From: Chlorokybus atmophyticus
Lineage: Eukaryota > Plantae > Mesostigma and Chlorokybus algae
NCBI GenBank assembly: GCA_009103225.1
Contig: RHPI01003156.1
Location: 536,537-600,536 of the forward strand
Direction of reading: 5' to 3'
DNA: 64,000 bases
Part shown: positions 1 to 13,828 of the stretch, one piece after another
Position numbering within the stretch: the stretch's first letter is position 1
Layout: every line of letters starts with the position of its first letter
Position numbers and translations under genes: made by a program
Notes under the pieces: model-generated
What the model was told of the DNA's origin: nothing
What the model saw: only the letters and a program-made list of their open reading frames with translations
Database searches by the model: none

Positions 1-114
1 GCAGGCATGGGCGACAGGTGCGACAGCGCGCCTGGTCCCCAGAGTTTGTCTTCACCAAATCAACTGCAACTTCTTGTCAACTTCATGTATTCCGGGGGCA
101 ATGTGCGATAGGCC

Positions 115-3100
115 TTACAATTCTGAGAGAGCCTGATCCATCACCGCCACAAAGAAGTCTGCCACAAGCCATTGTAAAGTAAACACTCAACTCAGTTTAA
201 GCATTGCCGCAAAGCAAGCAACCCATGCATAGATACTACAATACACATGTGGGCAGAATGCATGGAGATCATGCAACTGCAGGACCGCAGCTGTGCAATG
301 GCAGTAACCTTGTATGCTCATGCATGCCGCCTGCTTGACACATGCAGTTACAACATGTGAACTGCTCAGACGCAGTGACTTACCCGCGTCTTGTCGAGTG
401 AAGCACATGGGAGGCTTGATTCGGAACACGTTGCCTTTCAGACCACCCTTACCAGCAAGAACACCCAGATCTGCAAGTCCATATCTACATGAGCTAGGGC
501 ATGAAAGGCGCTGAAAAATGCAACATGCTTGGCTGACCACAACGACAGCGCGCGCGCGCACACACCCACACACAACATAAAGATGTGGCCATAGCTACCT
601 TTCATCCTCTCAAAAGCTTGCACAGTCTCAGCAGTGGCAGGCGTCTTTGCTTTCCTGTCAGTGACCATCTCCACGCCGAGCATCAAGCCCGCACCTCGCA
701 CGTCACCAATGACTGCGCGCATGTTGGTTCAAGGTTAGTTTACACTTGAGTATAACGTTTCTTTACAACAAAGCCACCACAGGACGTACGTACTCAACAA
801 CTTACTGTCATGCTTCTGCTGTAGATGCATCAGGCGCCCAAGCAGATAACCTCCAACCTCTCGGCAATGCTCCTGCAGCATAGGTTTATGTAAACATGTC
901 CGGTGTGTGTGTCAGCGACAATGCTGTGACTATCAACCCAAATCAACAACAAACCATCTCATACAGGGCATCCTGCATGATCAGTTGATGGCCCAGGAGT
1001 GACACATCAACCTCACCTGACGCTTTTCTTTGTCAACAACCTCCAGAACTGCCTTGCCAGCAGCGCTGCAGACAGGGTTGCCGCCGTATGTGTTGAAGTG
1101 CAACCTTTGTGCCATGACCGCTGCTACCTCTCTCGTCGTCACAACAGCTGCAAGGGGGACGCCGTTGCCAATGCCCTGCATGAACGCAAGCACGCAACAT
1201 GAATGTGAGACATGAGCACATGTGCGTGATTGAGTAAAGCAAGCAATGCTTGCCTTGGCCATCGTCACAATGTCAGGCATAACTCCTGCAGTCTCAAAGC
1301 CCCAATAGTGCGTGCCGCACCTTCCGAAGCCTGTTTGCACCTGCAAAGCGGCACGCCATTCTTGATACGCTAACAAAAGTGATACGCGAGCTGTTTCCGC
1401 AAAAGTAAGCCCCAGCATTGGTGCATGCTGCACCCAGATTGCTCACCTCATCTGCAATGCAAAGGCCACCGTGCGCGCGAATCAAGTCATATGCTTGCGG
1501 CAAGTACCCATCTGCAAGTTTGACGGTTCCACCAACTCCCTGCCAATGTGCCGACCAGACGGTCAAACTCACCCACATCAAAGACCTCATGAGCTCAAAT
1601 GCAAGTGTAATGCACAACACGACGCAATTGAAGTGTGCACTACCTGAATGGTTTCAGCAATGAAACCAGCTACTCTGCCCGAAGTGGAGTGTTCAATGAC
1701 AGACTTAAGGTCCTGGCTCACATAAGCTGGCCCATCGTCTCCAAACACGCCGCGGTATGGATCAGGGTTCATTGCGTGCTTTATGCCGAAGCCCTAGAAA
1801 GACAACGTTGACAAGTAAGCAGAGGGCCAAGTTGCACAGGATGCACGGTCTACAGCTAGCGGTGCTACCATTTTGCAGACAGACAGCCGCACTCACAGCT
1901 CCCTCAACACACATGGACACACATGTGCGTGCGCTGAACACCCAGACACACAAGTGTGCATGTGTATGTTTCCTTTGTCGGAAGGTAGGTACCCATCCCT
2001 CAAACACTCTGAGTTGGGACGTACTTGAGGGACGTTATACTTCCAAGTGTGATGGGCGGTGAGGCCCATGGTGCCCACGCTCATGCCGTGGTATGCGTTC
2101 CTCAGCGCGATGATGTCATAGTTTCCGGTGTATATCCTTGCCATCAACATGGCCATGTCGTTGGCTTCAGACCCTGAATTGACAAAGTAGCAGACCTGCG
2201 GTTGCGCTATGCATGTCAACAATTCCTGCACAGCATGCAATAAGCCAAGACAGTTCATGCCAGTCAGCATCAAACAACAACTCACCTTCAGGTCCCCTGG
2301 CATGCGTGCAGCAAGTGCTTCAGCATAGTCAGCTATCTGGTGGTTAAGGTAGATGTTGGTGATGTGTTGAAGCCGGCTGTTCTGCTGGTTGATGGCCTCA
2401 ACAACATGTGGATGACAGTGTCCAACGCTAACCTGCAAAAAGTAGTGTGCAACAGCGGTTACGCTCCAGGTCACACAGTATCCATTGCATGCAAGTGTAT
2501 GCCATGCGCAGAGCATGTACATGCAAACACTGGCACGCGTTAGTGAAAGTGTATAACAGCATCAAACCATTTCATATATCACGTATGCATGGCCGCTTCA
2601 ACCCCTCACTGTAACAATGCCTGCGAACGCATCCAGGTAGCGCCTTCCAGTCTCGTCGAACAAGTATTGCATCTTGCCTTCGACGATGTTCACCTGCGAA
2701 CATTGCACAGATTGGGCCACCAATCCCTGCTGCAGAAGAGCCATACAGCGATGCACAGAAAGACTGTCACAGAGGACCATGAGGTTTCAGAAGTCCAGGT
2801 GCAGGAGTGATTGACATCAACACTCAACATTCACAACATTTGAAAATGAACAGCAAGCACTGCCAACGTTCGTGCACCAAGTAACTGATGTGTGCACCAA
2901 TCACAGGTCGCATGCCACGGCACACTCGAGTGCTGCAAGGTATACGATTGGAGACCACTCAAAAGACGACTACCAACCTGATGAACTACAGCACTCAGAG
3001 AGCAGGTTGCCCTCCAACATCTGCATTTCCCCCGCCCACACTTGCCCCTTCAATTACATTTCGCGGGCTACCACCGTAAGAAATAATAATTCGTCATGAC

Positions 3101-4089
3101 ATCAACGTCTTATAGCNCCCCCCCCTCCTCCTCTTTCAACATCAGCCCCACTTGCAAGCAAGGGGGCGTGTTTTGTAAAGTGAACAGTGTTGCATGAGAC
3201 AAGTACGCTTGGTTTATGTTCAGTACAGTAGTCGTACCAGGGCTTGAGAGCACCGTGGATCTGCATGTTGGCTATCTGGTTATTGAGTGAATCAGTATAG
3301 TGCGCCTGCCTGCCCACCCAGAAACAACTACTACCGCAGCACAGGTGCACGTTGCATGCTGCACACGGATTTGCCTGCTGAGTTTATGTACAGCTACATG
3401 CGCACAGTACGCATAACACACGACGAGTGCAATACTCCCCGTAGGTACCGTCTGCATACGACCAGCTTTCCATTGCATACCAATCAGGAGCGCACTTCAC
3501 ACGTTGATGGTAAGCGAGTTCAGTTCAACCACAGTCCAGTTACAAGTTCTATCCAATTCCACGTGTCTCTGACCGCGCACGCGATAAGCATGCAATGTAA
3601 CCGTAATGACACAACACACACACACAACACACGCACAATAAGAGTCCAAAACAACACTAAGCGGTGCTCAGGTGCAAGGACTGTTGTGTGACTCACTCAC
3701 AAGTGCAAGCTACTTGTACATGTACAACCGGCGTCAGGCTGATTGGAAACGTACTCTTGTCCAACTAGGCTTACAAGCATCGAGTCGCTGAATTGGCATG
3801 AGGCAGAGTTGCATACCGGTTTCTTGTAGTAGTGGAACATGGCGGGGTTTAGGAAAGCCTTGCGCTTGGCCAGGATCTCCTCAGTGGTCGGCCCGTCGTA
3901 TGGGCGAGGTGTGTAGCTGAAGGGCGGCATGGATGGCAGCGACGTGGGCGGCAGATCGCTGCTGGCAGCTGCAGCAGCGCTCTGCAACCCTCTCTGCTGT
4001 TGTGAAGCAGCAGGAGAAGCTGTACCAGCAGCAGTAGCCCTCCATAGCCGGCAGCCAAGCACACTGCCGCCCGCACGCCGCATCGCCAT
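115..4089 (-). CDS. AGT2: Alanine--glyoxylate aminotransferase 2 homolog (class III PLP aminotransferase, probable mitochondrial presequence); multi-exon
   Basis: Spliced exons give MAMRR...FHYYKKP|[28 protein letters not shown]|VSVGHCHP...|[13 protein letters not shown]...RNAYHG...CIADEV...DIVTMAK|GIGNGVPL...HFNTYGGNP...[13 protein letters not shown]...[14 protein letters not shown] (TAA at 117-115). These are canonical AGT2/AGXT2 motifs. Confidence 0.95.
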
Positions 4090-4462
4090 CTTGGGCGCAG
4101 TCGTTCGAAAATGACAGTGAACTAGTCACCACCACCCTTCCCCACGATGCCGGCACCACCGCCGCCCCAAGCTAATCTATGCTAAGCTCTCAGTATGCTG
4201 CTTGTTGCTGCTGCTCTGCAAGCAGACTGTTTGCCTTTTGCCTGCCCCTAAAACCAGCACAATGGACCTCCGACCCCGATCGGCAACCGGCCCAGTGCGA
4301 ACGCGCTTACTACGATCAGAGTTCAGAGTGGAACTCTACGGTCCCGGTTGATAAGTCCGGATCGCCTGATAGGGATTTGCATGCGGGCGACTCGCTGCGG
4401 GCTGCTGCCAACGGCATGCTGCATGCGGCCTGTTAGGCCTCCACACAGCACTGACGGTGTGG

Positions 4463-4683
4463 ACGCCCTACTGTGGGCAGAAAGGCGAGCGGGCGGGCGG
4501 GCGGCGCTGTAAGGTGCCCAGCATAGGCTGAATCGTCTGAACTGTCTTGTCATACTGCCTTTGGCGTTTGTCGTACACCGTAACTGCCAGCAGCAGCATG
4601 CTGAACGCCCTGCTGGGCAGGTGGGCGAGCGGGCGGGCGCGCGGTGCTGTGTGAAGCAAGAGGCTGAACTGTCTTGTCATACT
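4463..4683. repeat. Imperfect two-unit tandem duplication (~140-bp period) upstream of AGT2
   Basis: ACGCCCT..GGGCAG..GGCGAGCGGGCGGGCG..GCTGT..CTGAACTGTCTTGTCATACT occurs at ~4463-4556 and ~4605-4683. Confidence 0.55.
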
Positions 4684-6076
4684 TCTTGTATATACACCAT
4701 AACATTTGTCGTACCCTATATGTCTTCGTATGTCACTGTCATCGCTGCGGCTCTGTGGCTTCGACAGGCATGTGACAGTTGACAGCTGTTTGGAGTAGGC
4801 CTACTCTGCTCCAGCAGGCTCATTTTACCAGAACGCCTTGACGAGCTGTCTGTCTAGTTGATGAAGGAATATGCTTCTCCCTCACGTGCATCACTTTCCA
4901 GTTTGTATTACACTGATGGCCATACTGCGGTGTGCTGCTCGAAAAGGCATTTTCACACTGCGCACCTGTCACATCGCAGAAAACCCTTGAGCTTGTGCGT
5001 GATTGCAATTGACGCTGTGAGCCAGTAAGCTCCGCTTGTGCTCCGACATGCAGTTCGCAAAGCCGAGGTGCACGCTGACAAGGACACGGCTATGCCCCGA
5101 GGCAGCGTGCAGGCAGCTTGAGTAACTAGACAGCAGAAACATTGACTTCTCGAGGAGCATGATTGATTGCAACTTATTTGTGGAAAGGCCGCTGCTGGAA
5201 GGCTGGGTCTGTGTACGTCGACACCGCCAACTGCCGTTCTCGTTTGAGCAAATGGGCTGTCTTATGGTGGTCGTCGCAAGCGTGATTTGCGTCTGACTTA
5301 GGGTGGTTGCTTTTGCCGCCTCAAACGTCAAGTGCTTGCATGCAACCGTCATCCCTGTCCTTACTCCAAGCCTCCGCACACCTCACCCTGCTGCTCCGGA
5401 TGTGTCACAGTCATCAGTCAGGGCCGGCGCTAGCACGCATGCAACATGAGCGCCTCGTCGCTAGGCCCGCCCACTGAGTGAAGGACATCAAGCCTTGGAC
5501 CACTTGCGCTGCTTGTCTGATGTTTGCACTGCTGCCGTGTTGCAAGCTGCAGCTGGCTGGCGTGTCGAACAGTTTGAAGTTGTCGCTTGGGCACCAGTAA
5601 CAACGCAAATTGTAAGGGGCGCTTGGCAGCACTCACCTGCTGAGCGCTTAAGGTACGTCACCTTTGCACTTGTTCCGTCAGGATGACAGCTTATATCGTG
5701 TTGAAGCTACTTTCAACAGCAGTTCATCTTGCTCAACGTTGTGCATGTAGCATGACAGTGCGTGTGAGAGAACACCATGTGCAATGGAACACGTGCGACT
5801 CGTGAGTGACCAAGTCATCCATGTTGGACGTGTTCTCGCTGGCTTGAGTGTAGGTCACGTAGGTGGTGCCGGGCAGTCTCTTCTGTGGTTGGGTTCCACG
5901 GTGCTATACTTGTACCGTGTGCAAGCAACGTCTCTGTAGGAAGTGAGACACGAGAACCCAACTTCAAGCAGTCACAACACCGCAGAATGCAAGGCGAGCG
6001 ACGCTGACCTACCAAACGCGCACTCAGGCTTAACAACACTGGTTCCCCTTGACCGGCATGGACGTAGCAGCAGTCA

Positions 6077-9000
6077 ATGGCAGAACCTGACGAGGTACAA
6101 CCAGGTGGGTGAACAATGGTTGCGCCATAACGCAGCGTGGAAAGGTTTTTACAGGACAAAGTGGTTGTACATGCTGCTTTTTGTCAACAGCCTTCCCAGC
6201 CTTGCAAGTAGATAGATCATGGCATTGTTGTTGGTTTGGGACACCAGCGCTACTGGCGCTGTCGTAACTTGCGCACTATCTCATGCTTCAGAAGTGGAGC
6301 CTGCTTTGAATGTTGACGAGCCTCTTGTAGAAGACTGGGTTGGGACGTGGCAACACATACAAGTCAGTTGCATTCTTGTAACGCAGGTGCCTCCACTTCT
6401 GCATTGTACGCCAGGGTCACTGCGACTTGCATCACAGGCGCAAGGACAGCTTCCTGCTGGTAGATGGGGCCATGCGTCAGTGTACCTCGATGGAAACATG
6501 TATGTATTTGGGGGTTATGGCGGGCAGCACTTTGGCGATGTGTTCGCACTGGACATGGCGACACTATCTTGGCGACGGATCGAAACGCGAGGGGACCCTC
6601 CTTCTCCACGAGATAGCCACAGTGGAACTCTTGTGCAACGCTCGGTGAGCTTGGTTGAGACTTGGTTGCAACACCGGTGGTTGGCTGATTGCACACGGAT
6701 CGCTGAGCTTCCTCCTGCACAGTTGCTTGTCATGGGTGGAACGGACGGCACAACGAAACTTGATGAAGTATGGCAGGTGCGCTAGCTGACCTTGTCTTGC
6801 ACGGTTGTCTTGCGCTTGTAGTGCTGTTCCCTGCAAGTTTGTGCGGTGGATTCAGCTGTCTCTGGATGACTTCACTTGGACACGCTTAGTGGCTAGCGAC
6901 TTGAGCATCAGCAGGGAAAGCCATACAGCCACAGTGGTAGCTGGGAATCAGGTATTGAAGCAGGCTCAAGTGATGGCAGGCTCACGCAATCACACTACGT
7001 ATATGGCTCTTCAATCGGACACAGTGTACTGAAAAGCAAGCTTGCACTAATGATGACCGTGTGACAGCTGGTGCTTTTCGCGGGCAGTGGTCCTGGTCCA
7101 GACGACTTCAATTACCTCAATGACGTGCAGCTATTGGACCTCACTACCTTCACCTGGCAGGTTCTGCAGCAGTGTTCGCTGCGGTTGGTCTCTATTGCGT
7201 GTTGACCCGTTACTTGGCGGTTATTAAGCAGCTGTTCAGCCTCGATGTGTTCAATGCCTCAGTTGCGCATGTCTGGTTGTGGTAAACACCACTACTTGAC
7301 AAACCCACGTGTTGTCTTCACACAGACTGCTGCAATTGAACAACCTGAGCCGGCCGCACGCGATAGCCATGCAGCTGCAGCAGTGGGCGACAGTGGTGTT
7401 CTTGTATTTGGAGGTGATTGTGGCCATCACTACTATGGTGACACTTGGTTGTTTCACACCGGAACGTTACGTTGGGAGCAGGTGCACCTTTCTCATGATC
7501 AGTAATAAGACATGACTGCACAGAGTGTAACTGATGAAGCCAACTTCTGTAGGTGATAGCCGGTGCCCCGCAACCAATTGCTCGGGCGGGTCATTGTGCC
7601 TGCTCATTCGGCACAAAGGTGTTGCATTGCGCTGCCGCGTATACCAGAAGTGCTTGCAAACATGGCTCAGCTGTTGTATCTCACAGGTGCTCATCCAGGG
7701 GGGAGTAGGCGACCGCTACTACAGTGATGTGTGGCTGTGGGACGTGCAGACGTCCCTGTGGCAGCTGCTACGCATTTCTGAGCATAGCGGTCAGCTGCCG
7801 CCTGGACGCTTTGCCCACAGCGCGTGCATAACACCGTCAGCAGATGCCACCACGCAAGCACAGTTGGTGGTGTTTGGCGGGTGGGTGCCTGCGAGTCGAA
7901 CTCGGCTGCCAGCACATCGGTGATGACTGACTGTGAGGGTGATACACTCTACCTGATGAGTACGTGCAGGTGTGGCAAAGATGAAGAAATCTTGTCAGAT
8001 CTGTGGGTGCTGCATCTGCATGCGCCAGATGTTACTCCCAGCCTTTTTGTTACACCGCAACTCACTGCTGGTATTTATGGATACCCATGCATGTACAGGA
8101 TGCAGAGTTTTCCGGACGCACAACTGTTGTGCAACCGGCATTTTTACTGTTGTTCTCACCATCACTGCGTGTGCAGGATTGAAACCGCTGGACGCCTCTT
8201 TGCTACCTAGCCGCATGTATATCGCAGCGGTCACGCAGAACTTGAGGGCTGGCAATCCTCAAGCAACTGATGCAGAGGTAAACTGCTACGACGGCCGGTT
8301 CTTGTGATGCAGTGCTCATTGCGGATGGCTGCTTGCAGCTGGAAGATGCAGCCACGAGGCAATGGGCAATGTTACCAGATGAAGAGAAGGCTCAGTACTA
8401 TCGGGCTGCGGTATGGCTACGTGACACTGATATCAGACCTGCGAGCACAACTTGGCTTGTGCTTCTTTTCAACTCGATTAATACCCAAATGCCAGCATGC
8501 TAACGGCAAGTTCTTTCAGTTGGCTCATGGCATGCAGCAGCCCCCGCCTCCCTTGGCGTCCATGCCTGCCCCTGCGCACGAGCCTGCCCCGCCCACTGCA
8601 TCACAGTCACAAAGCAGACAAGGTCAAACAAGCAACCCGCAAGACAAGTATACTTGAGCCATGTCCAAAGCACATGCACATGCAGACATACAATCTCAAC
8701 TACTCTGCGTACACACACTTGCAAGCGCGCAGACGCATGCGAACAGACGCTCACAAGTTCCATGCCCCCCNNNNNNNNNNNNNNNNNNNNNNNNNNNNNN
8801 NNNNNNNNNNNNNNNNNNNNNNNNNNNNNNNNNNNNNNNNNNNNNNNNNNNNNNNNNNNNNNNNNNNNNNNNNNNNNNNNNNNNNNNNNNNNNNNNNNNN
8901 NNNNNNNNNNNNNNNNNNNNNNNNNNNNNNNNNNNNNNNCACGCACGCCGCGATCATACACCACAACATATTCCAAACCCAACGCACATGCACACATGTA

Positions 9001-11608
9001 TGTTGACATATGCTAGCACCAGGGAGGGGTGGGAGGAGGCGGCAGTCTGCAGCCAGCACACCGGAGTTCAGTGGCGAGCAGAGCACAGCTGCTGCCGGGT
9101 TGCAGACCGGTGCAGCGGAAGGTAAACATGCATGGTGCGTTTTACGTGTGCAATCACTCCAAGCACAATCCATGCAACATTGATTGGCATTGCAGTGAAG
9201 CGGAAGCGAGGGCGGCCACGGAAACGACCCATAGAACCCAGCCAACCTACAGCCGCGCCGGCAGAGCGAGGTGAGGTAGCGTTTTGCACATGCAACAGCA
9301 GCAGTTGAGTGACGGCCATCAGCCACAAGTCTAAGTTGGCAGCAGCTGGCATATCACACCCCTGTATCTGTATCTCATAGATTGGGTGCTCTGTTGCTGT
9401 CCGTGTTGCAGTCCACATTTGTTGTTCTCTATGGCTGTAGCTGTGTGATTGCTCTGGGCCAATGCCTTGTCTGCGAAACAGCTTCAGGAAGAGCCGCAAG
9501 CCATGGGCACCTGAGCCACAGGCAATCTGGCAGTACACAATTGACACGGCAACTGGAAACCGGCGCGGGGCCATCTTCATTGGTGAGCTGTACGCACCCA
9601 GTCAACCTGCGGGAATGCTGTCTGAACTTAAATCCGGTCTAACTTGTCCAACGCTCATGGCCAACGTCAGCCCCTTGCCATCAGGTGGGTGCAGCAGTGG
9701 AGGGCCGCATTGATGGAGCCTTTGACAGTGGCTACTTCGTGACTGTAGCTTGTGCAGCGGCAAACCACACCTTCAGGGGCATCCTGTTCAGTCCGGTAAT
9801 TGTTGTTCTGCCTATGTGCGTCCGCTTGGTATGCGTGTTGGACCGTTGCGCTCTAACAAAGTGCACATCGCAATATGTTGCAGGTTATCGATGTGCCACC
9901 CTCTGATGTGCACAGCACCGCGCTGTCTGTCCAATCAACACCGCCGATGCAACATTGTCATGCAGCGTCTCATATGGCAACGCAGGCTGAGGAAGCCCGC
10001 CACCCACCAGCATACCCAAACCCAGTTGCACGACAGTTGTCACCATCCTTCCCATTAGGATTGCAAGCGTTCAACCCGCTAGGTAGGTGATTGCATTCAA
10101 CCCTTGCGTAGCCACAAAACAATGGCTGCTTGGGCACCCTCTATCCGCTGACATTCTTTGATCCAGGGTTGGTTCTTGGCCAGCCAGAGGGTCGGCCGCA
10201 GCAGCAAGTGTTGCAGGCGCCTCAAACAGATGTCGGCGCATTCCTGCCAATGCGTGAGGTGCGATGTCAAAACACAATGGTTGCATTCCCTTTTGCTTAT
10301 CGCGGTGGTTGTCTGCGCATACTTACATACGTACAGTTCGTTCACTTGGTGAGAGTCGTTGAAGGCCCTCACTTCATCATGACAGCAGGTGTCACGGCCT
10401 TCTACCTCCACAGCAAGACCGCTGCCGCCAAGTCCTTTGCTGCGTTCGTTTCAAGGCAAGGGTGTTGCAACTCGTTGTGATTGTCTGACACCGCACTGAC
10501 ACTGCCTTTCCAGGCCTTGCTCCCTTGCCTGCATCTCACAGTCCCACAGATGGACCCTGGGAGCAACAGCCGCAACAGCAGCCACAGCAGCCTATGAGGA
10601 CACCCTTCTCAGCTGCTGGGCGGCAGGTACGAATGGTGCTGACAGCAGAAAGCCTCTTTTCTCTCCTTCCTTACGAGGAGTGTGGAGTGACTCGCTGTTA
10701 ATATTCCACGCGTATGCAGGAGCAACTTGCAAGGCAAAGCGCATATGCTGAGCAGGTACACTATACCTCAGTAGGCGTGCACTTGGAAACAACTGCTGTT
10801 GGGCTGATGCGCATCATCATTACTATCACTACAAGTCCCTGAGTGTCGATCAACAACTGCGTTTCTATGGTAGGCTGCCAGGCAGAGCATGCTTCACGGT
10901 TTCAGGCCGGATATGTCTCCCTTGTTCACACTTGAAGACACCCGACAGGAGCTGATGCAGGAGAGCCTGATGCAGCAGCTCAGTCAGCAGGTAACTTCTG
11001 TGTCTTGTCGTAATTGCAACACAGCTTGATGCCAACAAAGCTTGCAGCTGTAGTAGCAGCTTGACTGCATGTGAGCGTCATTGAAGTTGCAATTGGATTT
11101 TCCAGCAGGCGCGACACGCTCAACACTGGCATACTGGCATCCCAAGCATGCAATTGGACTCAGTGGCGCAGGTACGTGCTGCTATACCTGGTCTGTTATG
11201 ATAGATTGCGATACATAACATGCATTGAACGAATTGTGACTTTACGCGTTCGCCACAGAGCGTCTCTCACTCCGCGTTCAGCCAGATTCTGCTTCACAGC
11301 CCCTCTCCTAGGTACATCGTCTTCAGTGCATTAAGTGACATCGCCATCACATTCAATGCAGTCTTACAACATTATCAGGTGTCATTGTTGACATTACTTC
11401 ACAAACATGCACGTTTCCACACATGGTGGGTGCTGTGGACAGGCCAGGTCAGATGAGAGTCATGCCACCGTTTGGGACTGAAGCGTCCACGTCATCCGCA
11501 CCGGCACTCACACACAATGAACCGCCGGAGCCTGCTGTCGGCAATATTATGTCGTCAACACACTTCGACTTGAACGATGTCGGAAGAGGGGATGGCGCGG
11601 GACTCTAG
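6077..11608 (+). CDS. Kelch-repeat protein with HMG-box-like segment, AT-hook and a GAFDSG-type C-terminal domain; multi-exon, both ends uncertain, spans an assembly gap
   Basis: About six kelch repeats (GRWGHAS..YVFGGYG; PRDSHSG..LLVMGG; RESHTA; ARDSHAA..VLVFGG; GRFAHSA..LVVFGG). HMG-like YIAAVTQNLRAGNPQATDAEVN...RQWAMLPDEEKAQYY (~8215-8410). AT-hook KRKRGRPRK (~9197-9225). VGAAVEGRIDGAFDSGYFVTVACAAANHTFRGILFSP (~9687-9795). Gln/Pro-rich tail. Core exons have GT-AG borders; the start (MAEPDEVQP) and last exon are tentative. Confidence 0.75.
8771..8939. other. Assembly gap (N run) after a poly-C tract
   Basis: Run of N in the sequence. Confidence 1.
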
Positions 11609-12249
11609 TTGTGGTATTCATGTTGTAGCAGTCTGTGTGCGAGTGCGTGTCATTGTTATGGTCGGCTCTTGCCTCTGTAGGTGTGGTTTGGCAGAAGCAA
11701 TGGAGCCTTGGCTCTCAAAGTAAGATATGTGGTAGGTATGTTGTAGGCTAGATAGGTGAACATGGGGGCGAATATGTACACATGTACATGGGTTCAGGTA
11801 AGCATTGATACCGGTTAGTCTTTGCTGGATGGTATGCGTACAATGTAGACCTGTTGTATGACTCAACTGGCTGAGTGCAAACGTCGTAGTTTAGCTTTAG
11901 TAGAAAGTGCACATTTGCATGTACGTGGTACCAGGAGTAATGACAAGCACGTTGGTATAGCACAGTCACAACACGAGAAGACACTGTTATTTTATGTGAC
12001 ATGGCATACGAAGAGTTGCAATGAAAGTCACCAGTTCACATAGGCTTTCCAGTACTCAGGATGCAAGAACATTACATGTACATGGACAACTGTTACTTCT
12101 GTCACAGGTAGTTTGTGTCTATGGTACTCTTTACGAAATTTTGCACGCACGTTTCAAGCTTGATGGGAGAACTGCCTTTGGCTCTTCATCACATGGCTGC
12201 CAACCAACAAGTTAGCAAACGCGTACAAACGGCGCCCCTCCTTGAAGAG

Positions 12250-13370
12250 CCTGAGCTTAAACACTCTCTCTCACTCGTTCTCTTCTTGCTGCTCTCTCTG
12301 CCAGCCTCCTTGAGCGGGCAGGGCTGGCGGAGCAAACAACTTGAGGTTAGCGGCCAAGAGATTGTGCTGCAGCTTGACAGCGGCAGAGGCAAGGGGCCAG
12401 CTTGGCATGGCTTTGGTAGGAGGCAGCCGCTGCTTGGGGTAAGGCGGAGTGCCTGAGCTGTTGGCAGGCTGTAGACAACAGCTCGTACGATTGGCAGCAT
12501 GTGATGGCCAATGAAGACGTTGCGTAGGTTAGCACACCTGCGGGTTGCGAACAGCGTCTCCAATGCTTGCAAAAGACAGTACCAAGCTTGGGTAAATGCT
12601 GCTGCTGTCGTGTAAGTAAAAACCGCAGGGGCTTGCTCAGCAGCAAGCAAGCATGCGTTCCATTGGCCGTTCCATGCGCTCCGCTGCACTGAACGCATGT
12701 CTGTAGAGTATGTAGAGTATGACATAACGATTGAGTTTATTACACGGGTGCCAACTGGCGGTTGTGTTGTGTAGTGTGCAACGCTACCCTACACAAACAA
12801 TTATACAGTGGGTTGTACACGAGACCTGTCTTCAAGCGCTACATGCTGCCTATCGTGCACACGCAAGGAGGGGGCTGCGTGCACTGTAGCTGCAGCTAGA
12901 GCCATAGTGGCTGTGGCATGCGCGCGTTGGAACATGACAGATATGCGCTGAAGGCAGTCACAGAGCGTGTTACATATCCTGTCTCCAACTCACGAGCATC
13001 CAACGCTCGGCGCACACAAGTGGCCAACAAGTCCATCAACGGGCGACCCATCCAACCTTGCGACTCGATCGCCAACGGGATCAGCGTGTCTGTGGGGAAA
13101 TGGTCCGAGTACTTGGAGTGCTTCTCGCGCTCCACACTCTGTGCAGCTGATCCCGCTAGGTAGTGGCTGCCGGTGATGGTGACGTCGAGCCGCTCTGCTG
13201 AGCATCAACTGCATTCCACCAGTCACCAACCTTGCTGCTCCGCCCCAACCTCACCGGCCAATGCGGACAAAGCATGGTGGTTAACTTGAGGCCTGAGGCC
13301 TTTGTTGTAGGCAAGGCAAGCCGAGGCTTCACTGTCCACAGGACCTGCAGATGCAACGTGTGGCACCCAG
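12250..13370 (-). mobile_element. Degenerate fragments of an RLE-type (CRE-like) non-LTR retrotransposon
   Basis: 13370-12890: CCHC-like CICRSCG..., then RLDVTIT...EREKHSKY...LIPLAIESQGWMG, typical of a restriction-like endonuclease. 12560-12250: LRNVFIG...LLPKP..GPLPLPL...TSSCLLRQ, resembling RT motifs 1-2 (LPKP.GGVRPIAVG...KCLLRQ). Contains stops and frameshifts. Confidence 0.62.
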
Positions 13371-13828
13371 TCAGCTGCTGATAGAGCTTGCCTGTGTCAA
13401 CACTATCAAAACACACGCAAGTTGTCGGACGTTGCTGTGCTTGTGACGTTGACAGCCCGCTCATTCAGTAGAGCAATCACTAGCAGCCTGAGGCATTCGT
13501 TGTACAAGACGGTGTAGGAACTGACACAGTCTCTGGACTGTCTTGTGCATCCTGTGCATTGCTCGCTACGTGGTATCATCAGTCCCCAAATACAGCTGTT
13601 TGAGAGTATATAGAGTCAGGCATAGTTCAGAACCAGCAACTGCACGGACGATTTGCTTAGTAGTCCTCTGCTGAGAGGCACTCACTGCCAGATAGCACTG
13701 GCTCATCAGCTTCCATCGCAACAAGCATGGCCAAGGCAAGGGCGAGTTTATGGTTTACCTGTGAAGCGTGTGTCCACAACACAGCATGCGAACTGAACTG
13801 ACCAACTATCTGACTCCCTTTGTCCACA

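Noticed and set aside
4793-4806. 14-bp perfect palindrome GAGTAGGCCTACTC
   Set aside because: Isolated, with no associated element ends; not distinguishable from chance or a relic.
4969-5379. 136-aa minus-strand ORF between AGT2 and the kelch gene
   Set aside because: No recognisable motif or splice support.
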